In this document: piece after piece, positions 22,636 through 31,676 of the stretch | Position numbering within the stretch: the first letter of the stretch is position 1 | How the letters are laid out: each line of letters starts with the position of its first letter | From: Mantamonas sphyraenae STR306 | Lineage: Eukaryota; Protista; CRuMs | NCBI GenBank assembly: GCA_026936335.1 | Contig: JAPMXV010000034.1 | Coordinates: forward strand, 620,001 to 684,000 | Direction of reading: 5' to 3' | DNA length: 64,000 nucleotides | Notes under the pieces: generated by a model | What the model was told of the DNA's origin: nothing | Databases searched by the model: none | Seen by the model: only the letters and a program-made list of their open reading frames with translations | Position numbers and translations under genes: made by a program

Positions 22636-25600
22636 ATGGAAGGCATCGCCGAGGATGAAGTGCTGGAGCTGGCCAAATCAATCCCCTCTTTGGTCAACGC
22701 CAAGTTTGACGGCGAGGACTGCATGGTGGCGACACTACTCAAACCGCCCGCACCTCTGACTATGACTCCATCGGAGGACCTCTTGAGGCGGCTCTGTTTG
22801 GACGTCACACACGCTGAGGATGAGCTCAGTGATACAGAGTCCGATGTTGCAGAGGAGGAGCTTCCAAAAGATGTTATGTCACGCGTGGAGCTGTTAGACG
22901 AAGAGGAGAGGGGACAGCTGTTGGAGTTCTCCGGGAAACGGAAAGGTAGAAGAGGCAAGGACCGGTCCAAACTGGTGCATGACCACCTGGACGAGCTGGC
23001 CCTGGACGAATGGCAGGTGTACTGGAATGGACTGCATGAAACAGTACGGGGAGACATGGAACGGGGCGCACAAGACGACAGCGCAGGGGAACCGACAGTG
23101 ACCACGGAGGGGGTTGGTGGCATGAAAACCAAACTCCTGTCCACCACTCTCCACGCCCTCAAATTGGCACGTACAGTGTATCACAGGGTTCTAGAGACCG
23201 TCGAGAACGAGCAGGCCCAGAGGGATGCCATGGCATCGGCGAGCAGCAGCAGCAGCAGCAGTGGCAATCGGGCAAAAGAGAAGGCCAAGAAGAAGGTCAA
23301 GCAGAATGCCAAAGGGAAGGACAAGAAGGAGGAAGGTGTACAGTCAGAATCGCGGAGCGACAAGGAAAAGGTGGTTGATGACCTGTTCGAGCTGATTGCA
23401 GGTGGGAAGGCGACGTACGAGGGCGTGGAGTCGGTGCTCGCAAACATCTCCGACTCTGGCGTGCGCAAGAAACTCGGTCCATGCAAGGAGTTGTTTGGGC
23501 TGCAACATACACAACACACGGGGTGGGATGTGAACAACCGTGAGGCCTCAACCCTAGTCATCGATCTGCATTTGGTGTCGTCGACCCCGATCAGGAGTCC
23601 CAATGCTTCCACAACGCTCAACTGCAGCTACAAAGTGATGAGGCAGCTGTTGTGCCTTGTACGCAGTGCGAACTACGAGCAGATCTGTTTCGTCTCGACC
23701 AGACCCTCGTTGCAGGATGCTCTCAGCGGATTGTGCCCACCGGGTGATCAGATCGCCGCGACTCGTGCTCTGTCTCGGCTTTGCGCCTTCCACGCTCTCG
23801 GTACGAGCGCAAACAGCCGGCAGAAGCGTGCCGCTGCGCTTGCAGGTTCTGCAGATGTCAGTATGGCCCAAGGAGTGTGGCTTCTGCGGAACGAGCTCTG
23901 TGAATCCGGGTCTTCCGTGCGCGAGGTGACCATCAGCGAGGCCATCCAGGAGGAGCATCTGGATGTGGTCAGCAACAACCTGAAACTTCCCAATGTCATG
24001 TACGTGTTGGGCTACAGCGGCCAACTGGCGTGGTTGTCGCCTGACGAGGTCCCGGAGTTTCCGCTGTATGTCAAAGACGATGGCATGCAGGAAGAGGAGG
24101 ACACAGCCGACAGTGGCCCGCGGGATGAGGACACAGCCGACGATGATGGCATGCAGGAAGAGGAGGACACAGCCGACAGTGACCCGCGGGAAGAGGACTC
24201 GGGCGGCGATGGCACGCGGGAAGAAGGCGGTGATGCCTCCGACGGCGACAAGGTTGGCGGAAAACACCGCGTCCAGCAGCTACAAACACACGCTACGGCC
24301 GCCAAAAACAACTTGCAGCAGGCCGTACGCCATATTCATGCGTTCAACCAGGTGGTTGCGGCAAAGCACTTGGACTGGACCAAGTTGGAGGAGGTGGAAA
24401 ATGAGCTGGAGCAGCAGCTGCAAGGGGCGATCCAGGAGGCCCAGGACGCAGAGGCAAGCACGACAACCATCGGCGGGTTGCACGAGTACACGCTGGACCA
24501 CAGGGTGCTGAAGCGGAACGCCGTGGGAGCGATCCTCTGTGGCCTCCACGCCGGAATGGTCGGTGCGGCGTTCACCAAGCGCGAAAGGACCCAAATCATT
24601 CAAACAGCGACATCAGAGTCACCGACAGACTGCTTTCGCTTGCCCTTCGTGCGTAAGAAGTTGCGGACATTGCGGAAAAACGCGGCCGTTCTTGGCGCTG
24701 CCTCCGCACGAACTGGCACGGATGCTCTGCACAGCTACACGCCTGCAGGCGTGGTGCAGGAGGCACTGGGCACGGATACCATGGACTGGGCTCTGCTCAA
24801 CAGGCTGTGCTCCTACACACAGGCTTGCGACGGCAACATCGATCTGCTGCGTGAGCCTGAATTGGTTGACGTCTGTGTAGAGCTGCCACAGAAACTTGCA
24901 GTCCACAAACGGCATACAGTGGAGCTCAAGGATGGCAAGAGGGGGGTTGTTAACGTGGGCATGCACTCTGTGCTGCCACGCAACCCGTCCGTTTTCGTTG
25001 ACGAGGATCTCAAGGAAGCGTTCCGTGTGTTGATGAGCCCACCGGCTCAAGGGGGACCGCAACTGTCGGAAGAGGCCAAGGTTATCGAGGAAATGCTGAA
25101 GTGGCTGAAATCCAGGCAGGAAGGCACCGCCGAGGGTGGAGGGGACGGGAAGGGGGGGTTGGACACCGAGATCGACGCATCTGACGAGGAGCAGTCGCAG
25201 TCGAGCAGCGTGGCAAACGCGATGGAGCAGGACACAACGCTTGACACCACGCAGCTTGGTCTGCTCAAATCCCTGCTGCAGATGATGCGCTGGAAAGAGA
25301 TCGCTGAGGTTACGAAATCTTTGGCCGCCGTTTCGTCACAATGGGCACCTGACCATGATTGTGAGGCAGCCACACAGCTGGGTGCTATCTCCCGGCTAGC
25401 GAATGACGTGAAGAAGGAGGAGATCTCGCGCGTGAACAGTCTGTTGCGCGGCGCGACACCGAACGCCGAAGCAGCTGCCGGGACCAGCGCTGCGCGCGCT
25501 GCAAAGCAAAAGGCTAAAGCAGCGCTGTCGATTCGTGAACAAGAGCTTTTGCCCAACGGAGCTACCCTGTCGAAGGCCTTCGCCATCGTCAGGGACAACA

Positions 25601-27714
25601 CGGAGGCAGCGGGCGAGCTGCGCCCACAGCCGGCCCTGTCCGCAAAGATGGTCGATACCCTGGTCAAGTTCACTGCAGCAGAAGTCAAGGCAAAGGTGAC
25701 AGCGTCTTCGGTGCCCCTTCGCTTCGGCAAGTGTGTGGCTGAGGCGCTACAGCTGCTGGGCGGCGATTCTCAAAACCCTGAGGCAATGGCTGCAGCGCGA
25801 GATCTCGCTGTGTGTGCAATCGCCAGGTTGGAATACTGGACGGTGAACGGGGTACTTAAGTCGCTGTCTAACCACGAGGTGAGCGACACGACTAATTGGA
25901 AGCTGGTGGATTGGAAGAGGAAGAAGACGCACACGACTCGTGAGTGGAGGGAGCACGTGAAGAGTATGTACACCAAGCGACACGGCGAGCACGGTGTCAC
26001 AATGCTGGAGCGCTTGGGTGAGATTCTGGAGAAAGACGGGGTGACCAACTTTTTCGACACGGACACGACCACGGAGGAAGAGGACGATGGGGAGGAGCAG
26101 GCGGAGGACACTGTGGACCACACGGTCGTTCAATACCTGCAGAACTCTGGTGTACAGTTCAACAGCGACGACAAACAACTCGTTCTCACACCAACCCATT
26201 TCAATCCGGGGGGCGGTTTGAGCGCGTTGCTGCCAACAGGCTCATTGAAGTCAGAAGCAGATGCACTGGCGCATTGGGACGTGGTCAAGACGTCTCCCTT
26301 CCTGCACAAGGAGGAGTACCTGTCCGTAGCCGAGTACGACGCGAGCTGGCACCGAAGGGTTCATGGGCTTCCAGTCGACAAGCACTCGGGGCTCACGGCG
26401 CCAGCACTCGCAGCGTTGCCAATGCTGCTCTTCATGGCTCCCCTGGTGAGCCGTATGAGCCGACAGGTGCTGGATGCGTGGTGCGGTGGATGGAGTGTGT
26501 CACCAGAAGGGAGGCTTCGCGTGGTTCTCTACAAAGCCGCGAACGCACCAGCCAAGACCAACGACCTGCAGGAGATCCTCCAGCCCACTGATGGGTTCAG
26601 GAGGGCGATCGACAATGCACGTGAGAACCTGAGCAAAGCACACGACGTGCACACCCAGCGGCAACTTGCCAAAGACTTTGTGCGCGTGCTGGTGACGGCC
26701 AAGCGGGCTGGGCTGGGCAAACAGGTCGTACAGGCGTTTGGATTCGACCTGGGGTTTGACTGGCTTGCCCGTGTGCCTGGGCGTGGCCGTACGGGAAGGA
26801 AACACCAACGGGACTTTTCGGGTATCCAGGGCAACCCGTCGCTTGTCAAGGACACGGTGTTCCTCGTGGACGACATTGGGAGACGGAAAGACACATACTG
26901 TGTGTTTGTGTGGGATGGGAACGAGCTGCTGCAACACAAGATCGGCAACCCTTCGCACTCGGACCTGCGCGCAAAGGCGCACTTGCATCGGCTCGCACGG
27001 TTGGACAAGCACAAAGACAAGCACAAGTGGAGGGCCGAGCATGAACACAGCAGAAAGGTACTACGACAAGAGGCTCAGCGCCTGGTGAGCATCACGCGGC
27101 AGGTCGCAAAGGCCTACGGAAAATCGCACTGTGTGCTGCTCGCGCAGAGCAAATTCTATGGCGGGCTATCACTGTCAAACAGGGTCAACACACTGATTGC
27201 AGAGGAGATGCCTTGGGTGGATGTGGCTGAGTGGCACACGTCCAGCGTGTGCATTTGCGGGCGGGCACTCACACGCACGGTGGAGCACACTGTGTCCAAG
27301 TGGGATCGCCAGTTGGCCTGTCTGCACTGTGGAGGGTCCCAAAACCACCACAACGCCCGCACGGCTCTGTTTGCGTACATTCAGGACAAGATTGGGCTGC
27401 CGATAATCTCGGATCGCGATGTGCGGGGATGCCAGGGAATCGTGTGGCGGATGATGTGCTTGTGGGCAACGGGGAAGGAGCCAGAGGCATTCAGCCCCAG
27501 GTGCAAGAAAGCACAGAAGAAGAAATGCGCAGAGGAGGAGCTGAAGACGTGCCTGCTGCGCGTGTTTGGAGATGCAGAGCCTAAAACGGAGGTGATCGAG
27601 GTTACGTTGCAAGAGCAAGACAAGCAGTCGGAAGAGATGGCGCAACCTACGAGGAGAAGTGCAAGGATTGCTGGGAAGCGACGAGCGGATGTACAGGGAG
27701 GGGGGAAGGAGTGA
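22636..27714 (+). CDS. Giant Fanzor/TnpB-family RNA-guided nuclease (1,692 aa from the first ATG; intronless)
   Basis: The C-terminus has RuvC-I VFLVDDIG (26857-26880), EWHTSSVCICG (E at 27229), CLHC zinc knuckle (27319-27330) and RuvC-III SDRDVRGCQGI (27409-27441), in the TnpB/Fanzor order and spacing. Confidence 0.85.
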   Translation: MEGIAEDEVLELAKSIPSLVNAKFDGEDCMVATLLKPPAPLTMTPSEDLLRRLCLDVTHAEDELSDTESDVAEEELPKDVMSRVELLDEEERGQLLEFSGKRKGRRGKDRSKLVHDHLDELALDEWQVYWNGLHETVRGDMERGAQDDSAGEPTVTTEGVGGMKTKLLSTTLHALKLARTVYHRVLETVENEQAQRDAMASASSSSSSSGNRAKEKAKKKVKQNAKGKDKKEEGVQSESRSDKEKVVDDLFELIAGGKATYEGVESVLANISDSGVRKKLGPCKELFGLQHTQHTGWDVNNREASTLVIDLHLVSSTPIRSPNASTTLNCSYKVMRQLLCLVRSANYEQICFVSTRPSLQDALSGLCPPGDQIAATRALSRLCAFHALGTSANSRQKRAAALAGSADVSMAQGVWLLRNELCESGSSVREVTISEAIQEEHLDVVSNNLKLPNVMYVLGYSGQLAWLSPDEVPEFPLYVKDDGMQEEEDTADSGPRDEDTADDDGMQEEEDTADSDPREEDSGGDGTREEGGDASDGDKVGGKHRVQQLQTHATAAKNNLQQAVRHIHAFNQVVAAKHLDWTKLEEVENELEQQLQGAIQEAQDAEASTTTIGGLHEYTLDHRVLKRNAVGAILCGLHAGMVGAAFTKRERTQIIQTATSESPTDCFRLPFVRKKLRTLRKNAAVLGAASARTGTDALHSYTPAGVVQEALGTDTMDWALLNRLCSYTQACDGNIDLLREPELVDVCVELPQKLAVHKRHTVELKDGKRGVVNVGMHSVLPRNPSVFVDEDLKEAFRVLMSPPAQGGPQLSEEAKVIEEMLKWLKSRQEGTAEGGGDGKGGLDTEIDASDEEQSQSSSVANAMEQDTTLDTTQLGLLKSLLQMMRWKEIAEVTKSLAAVSSQWAPDHDCEAATQLGAISRLANDVKKEEISRVNSLLRGATPNAEAAAGTSAARAAKQKAKAALSIREQELLPNGATLSKAFAIVRDNTEAAGELRPQPALSAKMVDTLVKFTAAEVKAKVTASSVPLRFGKCVAEALQLLGGDSQNPEAMAAARDLAVCAIARLEYWTVNGVLKSLSNHEVSDTTNWKLVDWKRKKTHTTREWREHVKSMYTKRHGEHGVTMLERLGEILEKDGVTNFFDTDTTTEEEDDGEEQAEDTVDHTVVQYLQNSGVQFNSDDKQLVLTPTHFNPGGGLSALLPTGSLKSEADALAHWDVVKTSPFLHKEEYLSVAEYDASWHRRVHGLPVDKHSGLTAPALAALPMLLFMAPLVSRMSRQVLDAWCGGWSVSPEGRLRVVLYKAANAPAKTNDLQEILQPTDGFRRAIDNARENLSKAHDVHTQRQLAKDFVRVLVTAKRAGLGKQVVQAFGFDLGFDWLARVPGRGRTGRKHQRDFSGIQGNPSLVKDTVFLVDDIGRRKDTYCVFVWDGNELLQHKIGNPSHSDLRAKAHLHRLARLDKHKDKHKWRAEHEHSRKVLRQEAQRLVSITRQVAKAYGKSHCVLLAQSKFYGGLSLSNRVNTLIAEEMPWVDVAEWHTSSVCICGRALTRTVEHTVSKWDRQLACLHCGGSQNHHNARTALFAYIQDKIGLPIISDRDVRGCQGIVWRMMCLWATGKEPEAFSPRCKKAQKKKCAEEELKTCLLRVFGDAEPKTEVIEVTLQEQDKQSEEMAQPTRRSARIAGKRRADVQGGGKE
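24076..24198 (+). repeat. In-frame 66-bp tandem duplication in the acidic linker of the Fanzor-like ORF
   Basis: DDGMQEEEDTADSGPRDED / DDGMQEEEDTADSDPREED, with copies starting at 24076 and 24142. Confidence 0.9.
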
Positions 27715-27896
27715 GATTTTTGATTTCGCAGCCGGCGTGGGCAGACTTGCAGAGCACAAAACACATACACAAGAGGGGTCCTGCGGGGTAGTATCACCAA
27801 CTCCGCAGGCATTGTCGCCGTGTTTCACCGCCAGGCGCACCTTTAAGTTGTAGGTGTCGTGCTCTGCCTGTGTGCACAGCCGGCTGACGCCAACAA
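27715..27896 (+). ncRNA. Putative Fanzor omega-RNA scaffold
   Basis: Lies between the stop codon and the right end. Nested stems: 27729-27736/27879-27886, 27749-27757/27859-27867, 27780-27788/27801-27809, 27816-27819/27834-27837 and 27838-27842/27852-27856. Confidence 0.72.
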
Positions 27897-27905
27897 TACC
27901 TGGAC
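27897..27905 (+). repeat. Right target-site duplication TACCTGGAC
   Basis: Exact copy at 22435-22443. Confidence 0.93.
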
Positions 27906-29064
27906 CTGTGCAGGTGTGGAATCGGCGACACCGGAGCAAAGGCCCTCGCCATGGCTTTGCAAACGAACGGGACGTTGACCCATCTGGATGTGAGCCACAA
28001 CGAGTTTGGGGAGATTGGTGGGGAAGCATTCGGGGAGGCCATTGCAGCGAACCGGTCGCTGCAGACGCTCGAGTTGTCTGGCAATCGATTTGGGGACGAT
28101 GCAGCAAAGGCGATCGGCAAAGGGTTGGAGGTGAACGGAGCATTGCATCGTCTCAATCTGTCGTACAATCAGATCGGCGACCCAGGGGTAGTGGCCATCG
28201 CGGCCGGCCTGGAAAGCAATCACTGCTTGCTCGAGCTCGTCATGGACGAGACCCACATGTGCGAGAAAGGAGCGGTCGCGTTGGGCAACGCGCTGAAAGT
28301 GAACGATGCACTGGAAGTCCTGAACCTTCACGGCAACACGATCGGGGATGGCGGCACGCAGGGCATTGCCCAGGGTCTCGAGTCGAATCGGTCCCTCCGC
28401 AGCCTTCGTATGTACAGGACGGGCCATACAGGTGACGCGGGCGCAGTCGCCATTGGAGAGATGCTAAGGAGGAACAAGCATGTGCAGGTGATTGCCATTG
28501 ACGACGTGGGAGACGCGGGTGAAGAGGCGATTTCGGACGCGATGGAGTCCAACACGACGTGTTTGCAGTTTGACGGCATGTTGGATGTGTACAAACACTT
28601 TCAGAGGAACCGAAGTGCAGCGAGTGCGTTTGTCGAAGCTTGCAAGGTGGGAGATTTTCAGCAGATGGCAAAGCTACGCGCATGGGGCGTGTCTGTGGAC
28701 GCCAAACCCTACGGGCTGTCCACAGCACTGGAGATGGCTGTGCGGGCGCACAAAGAAGACACTGTGGAAACGCTGAGGTTGTGGGGCGCCAAAAAGACAA
28801 AAGGAGCAGTGGAAGCAGCGAGGGGGAACAACTGGAGCAGGGCGTGGCATTGGATTGGAAGCAGCCTCGAACTGGACGTGGCCATGGAGACAGCGCTGGT
28901 GATAAATGCGGAGGAGAGGGAGGTGATGTTTGAGGCAGGTGGGATGGAGGAATACCAACCGACAGCACAGTGGTGGACATTGCCGGACGAGGTGATGGAG
29001 CGAGTGATGCAGTGGATGTGGCAAATCGGCTGCGCTTGATTCTGCCTCCTCTCCCTCTCTCTCC

Positions 29065-30680
29065 TCAAATGCAACCATCCTTGTCTCCAATGTTGGGACA
29101 CTCGATTGCCTTGCCCGGCAGGCCCGTCCACATGGCAGTGGACGCGGAGAACGCAGGGGCAATGTCGGCAGAGATAGCGACGGTGTTGTTCAGGAACGAA
29201 ATGGCCGGGTTGCTCAGCTTGAAGCTCTTGAAGGACGGAAGCGGCAGGTGCTTTGCAGCCAGGATGGCGTTGGCCTTGGGCAGCTCCAGCGTGATCAGGA
29301 ACTGAAGGATGTTGTCGATCCAGCTCTCGTCCACCACCGTGTGGTTGGCATAGATCTCCAGCTGGATGCTGTCGATGACCACACCCTTCAGCTGCACCAT
29401 GGCGTAGTCGCCCGCGGCGTTGATCTCCACCACCGTGTCAAAGTCCATGGACGCGTCCAGTTGGAACTGGAACGTGCCGTTGATGCTCCACTGCATGTCT
29501 GCGTCGATGTGCACCACAGGGCCTGCGGCACCAGCTGCAATCGACATGGTCGGCGCTTGCTTCAGACCAAACACGATGCCCAGCGTCCCCTCGGGGAACG
29601 GCAGAGTGATGTTCTTGGTCAGCAACCCCTCGTCGTACATGGCCCACACAAAGTTGGACAGCACACACTCGTGGATCAGCAGATGGGCCTTGCCGTCCGG
29701 CGCAACCAACGGGATGCCTCCCGTGGGAGGGAACGGGCCGGGCTTGTTGCCGTCCTTGGTTGCCAACACCGTCATGTCACCCACAATCTGCAGCGCATCG
29801 TTCAGCGTCTCGGTGCTGTTGTCAATCGTCCACTGCACCGCCGTGTCGTTGCCCACGGGGATGGTCCCTGGCAGTTCGCCCAGGATCTTGGCCACCTCCG
29901 ACGCAACCATCGGCCCAATCAGCTTCTGGATGTTGGCCGACACTTGTCCCAGCTCCCCTCGGATCTGGTCGTTGATCTTTCCGCAGATGTCGTCGCTGGC
30001 CTCTGTGGCCGCGAACGTCTCGCCGCTGGGGGTCACCAGCGGCATGCCTTTGGTGTCTGCCGAGATGTCCAGCAGCACACTGCCCAGTCCGTTGATGGTC
30101 ACCTGCTTGCCGTCGCCCTTGCATCCGTACAGCGTGCTGCACCCGTGGCCAAAAGGGTCGTCGTGCAGGCACAGCCTGTAGTTCAGCATAATCTCCACCT
30201 CGGCACCCACCTGCACCGCCATCCCAGCTGTCGTGATGTTCAGATCACCTTCGGGCTTCACCGAGCCGTACTTGATCGACTGTGTGTGTGTGTGTGTGTG
30301 TGTGTGCGGCGCCCGGGGTCCGGTCAGCAAACAACCACTTCCTCCTCCCGCCGCGTCCACGCAGCGATTTCCCGGTGCCACGCAAAACCCACCGTAAAGT
30401 CCAAATGAACGGCCTTGGCGCCCACGTTGTCGTAGCAGCACGACGTCGGCAGCGTGTTGCTTTGGATGAGCGCTGCCAGCAGAGGCAGCTCCTGTGCAAA
30501 CTTCTGTTTGAGCACCTCGCCGGGCAGCAGAAAGGCAAAGTCCGCATCGGGCACCACATCGCCCACAGGCGCAGGGCCACCGCGCCCCGCGTGTTCCGTG
30601 ACTCGCATAGGCACACGGCCATTCGCCTCTACAACAGTGCACACAACCAACAGAAGCAGAAGCAAGAATGCAGTGCGCAT
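29065..30680 (-). CDS. Secreted BPI/LBP (TULIP)-family lipid-binding protein, paralog A
   Basis: Signal peptide MRTAFLLLLLL, AHLLIHECVLSNFVWAMYDEGLL and LPKANAIL..HLPLP motifs. Intron 30280-30392 contains a (CA)n tract. Confidence 0.75.
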
Positions 30681-30733
30681 GATGGTCGTTGGGTGGTTTG
30701 TTTTTGTTTGGCCCCCCTCGCACACATGAAACT

Positions 30734-31462
30734 TCATCCCAACAGTGCACTCATGTCGTCGCCACTGGAGAACCACACTGGATCCTTGTCCCAGGCGTCA
30801 CTTGCAAACAGCCGCGCCTTGGCCACGCCACCGAGGGTGAGGGTGGTTCCGGACAAATCCAGCCACGCGCCTTCCATCAGTCCCACCACTGCCGTGTCGT
30901 TCTCCTCGTGAAACTCCTGCAGGCGCTTCATCCGGCTCTCGCCGTTGTGGCCCTCCTGCGTAAACTCTGTGTAGTGGGCGTTGATCTGGAACGGCACCAG
31001 GCCCAGCGCCTGAAACGACGGCGGCTGCACAATCGGCATGTCGTTTGTCGTCTTTAGGCTCGGCGTGGCCACGTTGGTGCCTGCACTCGTGCCAAAGTAC
31101 GGCTTGCCTCCAGCCACCGCCTCTGGGATGGCCTTGATCAGCTCCGTCTCGTACAGGGCGTTGAGCAGCCGGAACGTGTTTCCGCCCCCAATAAACACCG
31201 CGTCACACTCCTCCACACATGCCACAGCGCCCTCGCTGTGTGCATGCACACCCTGCACCTCAATCCCCGCCGGCGCAAACGCCTCCACAGCCTTGGCTGT
31301 GTACCCGTCGTGGTCTGCCAGGGCGTACGGCACAAACGCAAGCTTCTTGGCCTCCACTTCGGCCAGCACAGCCAGCATCGCCTTCATGCAATGCTCCAGA
31401 TACCCTTCGCCAAAGTTTGTGCTGTTGCTGATCAACAGAGCGCGTGGTGCTGTGGTCGACAT
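30734..31462 (-). CDS. pepE: Dipeptidase E (peptidase family S51)
   Basis: Motifs LLISNST, FVPYA, GGGNTFRLL, GTSAG nucleophile motif, TTNDMPIV and GLVPFQINAHY. An alternative start at 31513 is possible. Confidence 0.92.
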   Translation of the reverse strand: MSTTAPRALLISNSTNFGEGYLEHCMKAMLAVLAEVEAKKLAFVPYALADHDGYTAKAVEAFAPAGIEVQGVHAHSEGAVACVEECDAVFIGGGNTFRLLNALYETELIKAIPEAVAGGKPYFGTSAGTNVATPSLKTTNDMPIVQPPSFQALGLVPFQINAHYTEFTQEGHNGESRMKRLQEFHEENDTAVVGLMEGAWLDLSGTTLTLGGVAKARLFASDAWDKDPVWFSSGDDMSALLG

Positions 31463-31676
31463 TCGCGAGTCGTCAAAAGAGTGTTGGAGTGGGTCCCCAG
31501 ACGTCGTCGACATCCATGCACCTGCTCCCCCTCCCCCTGCACGCTCCCTGTGTGTTTCCCTCGGCAATCTCCACCGTGCATGCGGCTCTTGATCCAATGA
31601 CCCCTGTCCCCGGTTTTGGCAGCCGCAGAGGCCACCAAGCAAACGCGCAAAAACACACACACAGCACAAAACACCC

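Larger units (their letters stand above)
22444..27896 (+). mobile_element. 5,453-bp Fanzor-carrying transposable element with a 9-bp TSD and short subterminal inverted repeats
   Basis: TACCTGGAC at 22435-22443 and 27897-27905. CAGCGCGCTGTGCACA (22448-22463) matches the reverse complement of 27871-27886 (CAGCCGGCTGTGCACA) at 14/16. The element interrupts a host ORF cleanly. Confidence 0.93.
21655..29039 (+). pseudogene. LRR-ankyrin-cassette protein, copy 5, disrupted by a 5.45-kb insertion
   Basis: Removing 22444-27905 (the insert plus one TSD copy) gives the continuous in-frame LRR TRSLAYLD-LCRCGIGDTGAKALAMALQTN. This matches the paralogous repeats, e.g. LEELGLTRCNVGNDGATALGEALRTN. Confidence 0.92.

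Noticed and set aside
22573-27714. Calling the ORF Cas12, a DDE transposase or a retroelement
   Set aside because: There is no CRISPR array, and I could not recognise DDE, RT, integrase or HUH motifs. Only TnpB/Fanzor-type C-terminal motifs are supported.
22434-27913. Element removed as a spliceosomal intron (GT at 22434, CTGAC at 27884, AG at 27913 would be in frame, losing YLDLCR)
   Set aside because: The donor GTACCT lacks the +5 G seen in most donors here, and the product would delete the LRR core strand. Unsupported without RNA data.
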